The notes beneath the pieces are model-generated. The model did not search any database. It had not been told where the DNA came from and saw only the letters and a program-made list of their open reading frames with translations. This document shows positions 16,153 through 22,878 of a stretch of 34,533 bases of DNA, piece after piece. Origin of the DNA: a virus. Its lineage: Duplodnaviria; Caudoviricetes. Position numbers and translations under genes: made by a program. The stretch is from IMG/VR virus record IMGVR_UViG_3300021124_000019, positions 1 through 34,533 of that record, one strand, 5' to 3'. Numbering within the stretch: the first letter of the stretch is position 1; every line of letters starts with the position of its first letter.

Positions 16153-17453
16153 TATTTTTCCTCGTTAGGGACATATATTTTACCATTAAACCTAGTTGTA
16201 TATCCATTGTGAGTTTGTATTGTAATCTGTTGAGTATCAAATGGTTTATCTCCGTCTTGGTAATACACAGCTCCGAGTCCATGTTGCCAGTTCTCGTGAG
16301 CAATAATAGGTTGGTCGGTCATTTCATCTATTCCGTTACCATAACTCGGTACAGCTCCGTCTATTCTTGCTAGGCATCCGAAGCTTTGTGCGATTATAAA
16401 CCTAGCACCCTGAAAGTTCTTAGCAGTACGGGCAGCGTATTCGTGCCTGTGAATATGTCCAAACAAAGTAGAAGTTTCATCAGCGTTTACAAGTGCGGCA
16501 GCAGTCTTTCCGGCAGGGCGTACAGTAGAACCATGTATAGCCTTGATTCTTTCGTTTAACCAATATTGTGCGGCAGGATATCCACTCTTATATTCAACGT
16601 CTATGTCAGCCAAATTAAGTAAGAATGGTATAGTCAAAACTCTTTCAGTAGTACCGGCTTGTCTGACTCCGTGTAACTTTTCAGCGTACTGCATAATGTA
16701 CTTAGATAATCTTAGTTCATGGTTCCCGGCTAGATAAACGATTTTAGTATCAGGGGCGTTAGCTCGTATTTTAGCTAGGAACGCATGAACATAATCAAGA
16801 GTTGGGTTCAGGGTTTGAGTAAACGTGGATTCCTGAGCAAATCTTCCCAACTGTGGCAGGTCTAAGTTGTCTCCATTAAGTATAACTTGGTCTGGCTTAG
16901 TATCGCGAATTATTTGTAATGCAATATCTAAAGCATTTTCATCATGTATAGGGTCAAGTGAACCATCTTCGTATTGTCTGAATCCAGCTTGAATGTCTGG
17001 TAATATGATTGCTAGTTTTTCGGCCGTAGACTTCTTTGCTGTGGATTTAATAGGTCGAATGATAGTTGGCTTAGCTTGAGAGATAAACATGTCCTCAGTA
17101 AGCTCTGTGGGTCTAGGAACGTACTGTACGCTTACTAGGTCGGTGGTTTCAAACTCACCTTCTTGGTTTTTCATATAACCTTGATACAGGTTGACACGAT
17201 TAACTCTTAAAATATCGTTAGGGTCTATACCAGAACGCTCAAAGAGTTCCGCTAACTTGTCTGTTTCCGGACTTCTTTGTTCTGGTTGTTTTTCCATCTC
17301 GATTACCTTCCTAGCTTTTGCCCTATATTTATTTCTTGTTCTTCTTATTCCTTCCCAATCTAGCCAGTAATAGTGTGACTTCAATTGTTCGTTACTCATG
17401 GTTAGGAGGTTTTTTAGGTCTTGACCATCCCAATTGACCTTATATGGCTGCAT
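16152..17453 (-). CDS. Calcineurin-like metallophosphoesterase
   Basis: Motifs PDIQ, NGDNLD, GNHE, IHG, GHIHR in canonical order. Confidence 0.85.
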   Translation of the reverse strand: MQPYKVNWDGQDLKNLLTMSNEQLKSHYYWLDWEGIRRTRNKYRAKARKVIEMEKQPEQRSPETDKLAELFERSGIDPNDILRVNRVNLYQGYMKNQEGEFETTDLVSVQYVPRPTELTEDMFISQAKPTIIRPIKSTAKKSTAEKLAIILPDIQAGFRQYEDGSLDPIHDENALDIALQIIRDTKPDQVILNGDNLDLPQLGRFAQESTFTQTLNPTLDYVHAFLAKIRANAPDTKIVYLAGNHELRLSKYIMQYAEKLHGVRQAGTTERVLTIPFLLNLADIDVEYKSGYPAAQYWLNERIKAIHGSTVRPAGKTAAALVNADETSTLFGHIHRHEYAARTAKNFQGARFIIAQSFGCLARIDGAVPSYGNGIDEMTDQPIIAHENWQHGLGAVYYQDGDKPFDTQQITIQTHNGYTTRFNGKIYVPNEEK

Positions 17454-17472
17454 AAGCCCACCTTTTTATAGA

Positions 17473-17685
17473 TTAAAGTGTTGTTATAATACTTTTAACT
17501 ACTGTGATTGCCGCAGCTAATCCTGCTGCTGCCGCTGCTACGATAGCAGACTTGCTTAATTGGTTTGGTTGTACTTGCCAGCTTGCGATGAATCCACCTA
17601 CAAATGCTGAACAAATAACCCAAATGTCGTGTTGAATCTGTTGTTTAGTTGGTTTGCTTATATTGATAAAACTTGGTAACTTCAT
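17473..17685 (-). CDS. Putative holin (2 TM)
   Basis: 70 aa, two hydrophobic helices, Ala-rich; in the lysis cluster; AGGAGG SD. Confidence 0.55.
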   Translation of the reverse strand: MKLPSFINISKPTKQQIQHDIWVICSAFVGGFIASWQVQPNQLSKSAIVAAAAAGLAAAITVVKSIITTL

Positions 17686-17696
17686 TAGTTCCTCCT

Positions 17697-18290
17697 TTAT
17701 TTATTATTTTTTCCGACAAGATGCTCTACATCAAGTTCTGTTGAGAACCTTAGTAAATTAGTCTTGTTAGTGGAAACAAAAAGTGTGTTGTTTTGAGCTT
17801 TGAAGCCCTTAGGGTTTGCAATATCAGACTTTAATGATATTCCTGTTCCTTCTCCTCCAGATGACCAATTTGTGCTTCCCTCAAAATATAAACCTTGAGA
17901 AGCGCATATACCGCCCTTTGTATGGGAGATTTGATGAGTTGCCGATTGTAATATTGTAAATGAATTGGCGAAATCGCTGGAATTTTGTTTTTCATTGGCT
18001 GCGATAATGTTTCTTTCATGAACACCTCCTGCTTGAGATTTATCTAAACTAACCTGAACATGTATGCTAGGTATCTTAAACAAATCTAAAATTGCTTGGT
18101 TTAATTCATCGTCATCATAACCAAACATGTTTAATTTGAAACTTAACTTTTCATTTCTTATTAAGTAGAGCAATATTCCATGAACATCATCACGACCAAC
18201 ATAAAATAGATATCCGTCACCATAACCTGGTGTTAATTTACCTTCAGGCGTAAATTGTGCTAGTTCTTGTAATTTAGAATCATCAATCAT
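17697..18290 (-). CDS. Single-domain phospholipase D-superfamily protein
   Basis: SHTK...EGSTNWS...QNN (HxK plus GSxN) and MFGYDDDEL; canonical Asp of HKD absent. Confidence 0.75.
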   Translation of the reverse strand: MIDDSKLQELAQFTPEGKLTPGYGDGYLFYVGRDDVHGILLYLIRNEKLSFKLNMFGYDDDELNQAILDLFKIPSIHVQVSLDKSQAGGVHERNIIAANEKQNSSDFANSFTILQSATHQISHTKGGICASQGLYFEGSTNWSSGGEGTGISLKSDIANPKGFKAQNNTLFVSTNKTNLLRFSTELDVEHLVGKNNK

Positions 18291-18553
18291 AACTTATCCA
18301 CCTTTTTATGTAATTCGTCTAATTTTTCGTGTATATCTCCGTGAGAAAGTTTCTGTTGTATTTCTTCTCTAAGAATAAGCAAAGCTACAGTAGCTGAAAC
18401 TACGTTTGTGTAATTACCACCTACAAGTTCTACTATAGGCTTTTGGAATGTCATTAAGACTACGCCTAAACAAAGAAGTCCCAGTATATGCCAGCGGTTT
18501 ACTGCAAACTTTATTACTGCAGGAAATAGCTTCTTGTCTAAGAAGGTTTTCAT
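18287..18553 (-). CDS. Membrane protein, holin/lysis accessory candidate
   Basis: 88 aa, two hydrophobic segments and C-terminal coiled coil; follows endolysin. Confidence 0.55.
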   Translation of the reverse strand: MKTFLDKKLFPAVIKFAVNRWHILGLLCLGVVLMTFQKPIVELVGGNYTNVVSATVALLILREEIQQKLSHGDIHEKLDELHKKVDKL

Positions 18554-19227
18554 CTTATTATTGCATCGGTTCCTTTAACCCAAGCGGCTACTCTACCAAA
18601 TGATTCTGTCTGAATTATGACTGCGTAATCTCCAACCCATGCTTCAATCTTGTAAGTTAGTCCACCAAATCTAGCAGGTGCTAATACACCAACTTGGTCA
18701 GTAGTGTTAGGTCGAAGTCCTGAACCCACTCGGTAAACTCTCCAGCTCTGTTCTGTTGCGGGAAAAGTAACTTGTGAACGTGCAGGTGGAGGTGTAGGTT
18801 GTGGCTGTGTACCTGACTTAGGTCGGAGAAGTCCAGCCAATCTGCTAAGTGGTAACGCTCGGTAAACTCCAACTGCGCTTCTTCCTAGTCCATCACCTGA
18901 ACCTGTAGCGTTCTGTTCTAATAGCCAGATGCCTGATGCGTCTTGGCGGTCTACGATACCAATGTGTCCGTAAGGGTTGCCAGCTAGTCCATTGAATACT
19001 GCAATATCACCTTGCTGTGCTTGCTGTCCTTGTACAATGTTGAACTGTGTAAGTAATGCAGGTGTTGGGTGATTCCAATAGTCTATTGCGTTACCCCATA
19101 CTCCTGTTGGTAGAGCGTAACATTCTTTTACATACTCTAAAATTAAATCGACACATTGAAAACCATATACATGGTCGTAATCAACTCTTCTTCCATTCCA
19201 TTCATTTTTAAAATCTATATAAGTCAT
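18550..19227 (-). CDS. CHAP-domain endolysin with C-terminal cell-wall-binding domain
   Basis: QCVDL, GNAIDYW, GDIAVF, YGHIGIV, LEQN; Pro/Gln linker; WRVY...FGGLTYKI...IQTESFGRV domain. Confidence 0.9.
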   Translation of the reverse strand: MTYIDFKNEWNGRRVDYDHVYGFQCVDLILEYVKECYALPTGVWGNAIDYWNHPTPALLTQFNIVQGQQAQQGDIAVFNGLAGNPYGHIGIVDRQDASGIWLLEQNATGSGDGLGRSAVGVYRALPLSRLAGLLRPKSGTQPQPTPPPARSQVTFPATEQSWRVYRVGSGLRPNTTDQVGVLAPARFGGLTYKIEAWVGDYAVIIQTESFGRVAAWVKGTDAIIR

Positions 19228-19240
19228 TTTGACTCCCTTC

Positions 19241-19471
19241 CTATTTATTACTTTTAATTAATACATCCCAAAGATATATTGCTGCGGTAAAAATTGCTAT
19301 GATTATTGTCACAACGTACTGTGCTGCCTTCTTAGTGACATAATTATTACTAAGGTTTTGCATTAAAGCTTTCATTTCTTTGATGTCTTGTTTGATTTCA
19401 TTGATATTGTCGGACATATTATCTTGATTTGCCTCCACCTTAGCTAATCTTTCTTTCTCATGAACAGTCAT
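19241..19471 (-). CDS. Coiled-coil plus C-terminal TM protein (XhlA-like lysis protein)
   Basis: ERLAKVE coiled coil then one TM helix; directly upstream of endolysin. Confidence 0.6.
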   Translation of the reverse strand: MTVHEKERLAKVEANQDNMSDNINEIKQDIKEMKALMQNLSNNYVTKKAAQYVVTIIIAIFTAAIYLWDVLIKSNK

Positions 19472-19677
19472 TTTTTACCTTTACGAGCCTCACTTAGAGC
19501 GATTGCAATAGCTTGTTTACGATTAGTAACTTTCGGTCCTTTCTTAGAACCACTGTGTAACATACCGCCTTTATATTCTTTCATAACCTTATGCACTTTG
19601 GAATGAGCCCCCCACATTGGCTTCTTGTGTTTATAGTTCTTAGAAGAACGACCCATCAAACTTTTAACGTCACTCAT
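19468..19677 (-). CDS. DUF6496-like small basic protein
   Basis: KVHKVMKEYKGGMLHSGS...KVTNRKQAIAIALSEARK signature. Confidence 0.75.
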   Translation of the reverse strand: MSDVKSLMGRSSKNYKHKKPMWGAHSKVHKVMKEYKGGMLHSGSKKGPKVTNRKQAIAIALSEARKGKK

Positions 19678-19775
19678 TGTGAAGATATCCCCCCGGTGTA
19701 GCCACCCATACCATTAGATACGGAACCACCCTTTTGTTTTTTTTTCTTCTTGATGATGTCTTTTACAGTAGTCAT
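19674..19775 (-). CDS. 33-aa Lys/Gly-rich peptide
   Basis: MTTVKDIIKKKKKQKGGSVSNGMGGYTGGISSQ; TAATG and ATGA overlaps at its ends; absent from ORF track. Confidence 0.7.
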   Translation of the reverse strand: MTTVKDIIKKKKKQKGGSVSNGMGGYTGGISSQ

Positions 19776-19897
19776 TATTTCCTCTTACAGTTAGAGCAAG
19801 AACAAGTACATCGCTTGTTCATTTTCTTAGTTTGCTTACAGCTATCACAGTTACACTTGCAACTAGTCTTCTTCATTAAGTCTTTTACTTTACTCAT
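19775..19897 (-). CDS. 40-aa Cys-rich metallothionein-like peptide
   Basis: MSKVKDLMKKTSCKCNCDSCKQTKKMNKRCTCSCSNCKRK; 8 Cys; coupled overlaps at both ends; absent from ORF track. Confidence 0.75.
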   Translation of the reverse strand: MSKVKDLMKKTSCKCNCDSCKQTKKMNKRCTCSCSNCKRK

Positions 19898-20190
19898 GCT
19901 GAAAATCCTTTGTGTTGCCAGTCATGTCCATCACTAGGTTTCTTCTTCATAGTAAGCATGTGGTCATAAATCTTTTTAAGTGATGCTAATTCTTTCTTAA
20001 GCTGAACCATATATTCTTTGCTGTCTACTGTATAAAGCTTGTTAAGAGAGTCTTCCAACCCTTTAGCGTGGTCTTTAATGTGATTAGAGTTGTGCTCAAT
20101 AGAACCAAGTGTGTGCTTCTTACGCATAGCTGCGTCTGCATGAGTTGGTGGTAAGTCTGCCTTGAGTAAATCTTTAACGTTTAGTGCCAT
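19894..20190 (-). CDS. His/Lys-rich small protein
   Basis: Start moved to ATG 20190 (MALNVKDLLK) after AAGGA SD; the track start at 20220 lies in the leader hairpin. Confidence 0.7.
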   Translation of the reverse strand: MALNVKDLLKADLPPTHADAAMRKKHTLGSIEHNSNHIKDHAKGLEDSLNKLYTVDSKEYMVQLKKELASLKKIYDHMLTMKKKPSDGHDWQHKGFSA

Positions 20191-20206
20191 ATTAGTTCCT
20201 TTAATT

Positions 20207-20259
20207 AAAAAAGCCCCCATAGAAGAGGGCTGCTTAGTTTGCCTTTACATATTTTATCA
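20207..20259 (-). promoter_or_regulatory. Late leader motif copy 3 (upstream of basic-protein/lysis operon)
   Basis: TGaTAAAAT-atgtaa-AGGCAAA-ctaagc-AGCCCTC-ttctat-GGGGGCT-TTTTT. Confidence 0.8.
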
Positions 20260-20272
20260 CATGGTGTATTTT
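20244..20272 (+). promoter_or_regulatory. Candidate promoter for leaderless groES-groEL mRNA
   Basis: TTTACA-17 nt-TATTTT, 7 nt before ATG 20280, no SD; overlaps divergent late promoter. Confidence 0.5.
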
Positions 20273-20279
20273 AAAAACA

Positions 20280-20540
20280 ATGAGATTAGTACCAATCAAC
20301 AAATGTGTTTTAGTAAGATTAAACGATGATTCGCAATTGATTGATGTGCCAGACAAACAGTTTGCCACACAAGCGAATGGCCTAGTAGTTAGTGTTGCTA
20401 AAGATAGTTCCGAATACGATTACTTAACTGGTAAAATTGTTTACTTTGAAGAGTACCGTGACTCAGCACAGGTTGAGTTTGATGATGAAAAATTTGCTTT
20501 TATAAAATTAGAAGATTTGAAAGGATACCAAGATGAGTAA
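20280..20540 (+). CDS. groES: Co-chaperonin GroES (Cpn10)
   Basis: LVPINKCVLVR, GLVVSV, GKIVYFEEY, FAFIKLEDL pattern; directly upstream of groEL. Confidence 0.8.
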   Translation: MRLVPINKCVLVRLNDDSQLIDVPDKQFATQANGLVVSVAKDSSEYDYLTGKIVYFEEYRDSAQVEFDDEKFAFIKLEDLKGYQDE

Positions 20541-22095
20541 AATGTCCAGACATATTTGTCATGGTGAAGAGTTTCAAGCTGCCAAAGACAAAGCAGTAGA
20601 AGCTGCTTACAACCTAGCTAAAGCTGCATACGGACCTAGTGCCGGTAACGTAGCTATTGAGAACAACTTTGGTTATCCAACTGTATCCAGAGATGGTGTC
20701 ACAAACCTTCGCAAACTATACTTGGAAGATGGTAACGAAAATATAGCTGCCCGAATTATGGTTCAGGCTAGTGAAAAGAGTAATAAGATAGTTGGAGATG
20801 GTACAACCGCTGTTGTAATACTCAGTTACCATCTTTACAAAGAAGCCATGAAGTTAATTAGCGGTGGCTACAATAGAATGATAGTCCGCAAGATGCTAGA
20901 CAACACCGCATCAGAAATGATTAAAAGAATTGATGAGTTCAAAGTAGAAGCTACACCTGAACTAGCTAGATACGTAGCTAAAGTATCTGCAAGTGACGAA
21001 GCCATTGGTGATATGGTTGCTGATGTAATTGAAAAAGTTGGTACCGAAGGAAACATTATTGTAGAAGAGTTCGATGGTATTGGAAGTTACTCAGAAGAAG
21101 TTGAAGGTTTGTACTGGAGAAAAGGTTTCAGTAATGAGTTTCTTATTAAGAACTTATCTGGACTAGAATCTCGCCTGAACGATATAGACATACTTATAAC
21201 CGAAAAGACATTACAAACTGCATCTGATATTGCTCCAATACTAAACAAGATTGTAGAGCGTGCTGGGCGTGGTGTAGACCTGCTTATAATTGGTGAGGTA
21301 GTAGAAGAAGCTTTAGCTACTCTTGCTCTTAACAAAGTAAAAGGTAACATAGACGCTACTCTAGTTGATGTAGACGTACACGGACCAATGCGAACCTTAT
21401 TCTTAGAAGACATAGCTGCTGTAACAGGTGGAAAGATATTCCCTACTGGTGCTAAGTCAAGTTCATTCAATATAGATATGCTTGGTAGTGCTGGTAAAGT
21501 TGTAGTCAACACTAGTTCGACTACCATTATGGAAGGCCACGGAGCAACAGAAGACATTGATGCACGTGTAAATGAATTACGTATACAACTAAAAGAAGCT
21601 GAAAGCTTAGTAGACAAACAAGAGATTAAGAAAAGAATATCTGCAATCACTGGTAAGATTTCAATCATCCGTGTAGGAGCACCAACAGAAGTAGACCGAG
21701 GCGAAGTCCAACTACGAGTAGAAGATGCTATAGCAGCAACACAGAGCGCTCTCAGAGATGGTATTGTTCCTGGTGGTGGTATTACTTTAGCCCGTGTATC
21801 GACTGATGATTTCAAAGACGCATTTCAAGCACCATTCCAGACCTTATTAGAAAACGCTGGCTACAATCCTAAAGAAGGTTTGTTCCGAGCACTTGCTGAG
21901 AAAGATAAATGGGCTGGATATAACTTAAGAAAAGAAATAACTGATTACAAACCTGATAATTTATTGGAAGAAGGAATCATTGACCCTGCAGAGGTTGTCA
22001 AGGAAGCTGTACGTAACGCTACTAGCGTAGTTGGTACACTGATTACTACCACAGTTGGCATTACTTATGTTGACCGTGAAGTTAAGGCCGACTAA
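20533..22095 (+). CDS. groEL: Chaperonin GroEL (Cpn60)
   Basis: YGP, SRDGVT, VGDGTT, LEDIAAVTGG, RVEDA, GIVPGGG, GIIDP motifs; 520 aa; no GGM tail. Confidence 0.95.
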   Translation: MSKMSRHICHGEEFQAAKDKAVEAAYNLAKAAYGPSAGNVAIENNFGYPTVSRDGVTNLRKLYLEDGNENIAARIMVQASEKSNKIVGDGTTAVVILSYHLYKEAMKLISGGYNRMIVRKMLDNTASEMIKRIDEFKVEATPELARYVAKVSASDEAIGDMVADVIEKVGTEGNIIVEEFDGIGSYSEEVEGLYWRKGFSNEFLIKNLSGLESRLNDIDILITEKTLQTASDIAPILNKIVERAGRGVDLLIIGEVVEEALATLALNKVKGNIDATLVDVDVHGPMRTLFLEDIAAVTGGKIFPTGAKSSSFNIDMLGSAGKVVVNTSSTTIMEGHGATEDIDARVNELRIQLKEAESLVDKQEIKKRISAITGKISIIRVGAPTEVDRGEVQLRVEDAIAATQSALRDGIVPGGGITLARVSTDDFKDAFQAPFQTLLENAGYNPKEGLFRALAEKDKWAGYNLRKEITDYKPDNLLEEGIIDPAEVVKEAVRNATSVVGTLITTTVGITYVDREVKAD

Positions 22096-22361
22096 TGGTC
22101 ACTTTAGTTATCGGTTTATTAATCGGTATCTTATACAGAACAGGTTGGGACTTTATTAAAGATACTCGTAAGCGCTTTGAAAGTGTCCGCCCAGAAGTGG
22201 GAGCCACACATGCGTCTTATGGCAGGACCAATGAGTTCAATGTCAATCAAGCCGGACCAGTTGGTCTAGTAAAACCTAAGACACCACAACAGTTAGAGTG
22301 GGAAGAATCACAGCGTTTAAGAGAAATGCAATTTAATGTTAAAATGAAACCAAGAGGATAA
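22095..22361 (+). CDS. Membrane-anchored hypothetical protein
   Basis: 88 aa, N-terminal TM; TAATG coupling with groEL. Confidence 0.65.
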   Translation: MVTLVIGLLIGILYRTGWDFIKDTRKRFESVRPEVGATHASYGRTNEFNVNQAGPVGLVKPKTPQQLEWEESQRLREMQFNVKMKPRG

Positions 22362-22362
22362 C

Positions 22363-22596
22363 ATGGGTTATATTATAGATGGCAAATACTACAAAGGTAC
22401 ACCAGACATGGCTAAATTAGCTTCACGTCAACAATCTACCTATAAACAACATGAACAGAACAGACAGCGACATGATTTCGCTAAAGAGATATTACAACCT
22501 TGGAAGGGTGGCAAACCTAATGAAGATTTTATAGGTGCATACCCAGAAGAGAGTAAAGATTATGGATTCTTACCAAAGGATGAAGATTTAAAATAA
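22363..22596 (+). CDS. Hypothetical protein
   Basis: 77 aa; GAGGA SD; ILQPWKGGKPNEDFIGAYPE. Confidence 0.7.
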   Translation: MGYIIDGKYYKGTPDMAKLASRQQSTYKQHEQNRQRHDFAKEILQPWKGGKPNEDFIGAYPEESKDYGFLPKDEDLK

Positions 22597-22605
22597 GGAG
22601 ACGTT

Positions 22606-22878
22606 ATGGGAAAGATAAAGAACGCAGACAAAGGAACACACAAACTAACAGAGAGAGAGTTTAACTATCTAAACTTACTTAACTCAGCTCTTACATTCCA
22701 CACACTTAAGGATAGAATTATAAGTGGTTACCTATACTACGTATGTACTACTAAATTTGGATACGATGAAAACGTAAACCTTCTTTTTGAAATAGATTTA
22801 GACAGTGACACTATGGAACTGAAAGTACAGGAAGTTTCTAACGAAAACCTTAAGTCTACTGACCGTAAGCCCCAATAA
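22606..22878 (+). CDS. Hypothetical protein
   Basis: 90 aa; AAGGAG SD; 3' end overlaps convergent ejection gene. Confidence 0.65.
   Translation: MGKIKNADKGTHKLTEREFNYLNLLNSALTFHTLKDRIISGYLYYVCTTKFGYDENVNLLFEIDLDSDTMELKVQEVSNENLKSTDRKPQ

Noticed and set aside
19734-19937. Plus-strand 67-aa hydrophobic ORF
   Set aside because: Antisense to two translationally coupled minus-strand peptides that fit the operon exactly.
20207-20244. AGGCAAAC as a c-di-GMP-I (GEMM) riboswitch
   Set aside because: Only the GGCAAA(C) word matches; no GNRA-capped P2, receptor or P3, and only about 35 nt precede the U-tract.
21087-21815. 242-aa minus-strand ORF
   Set aside because: Antisense shadow of groEL with no motifs; similar shadows at 587-852, 2240-2425, 6106-6459 and 32063-32506 were also dismissed.
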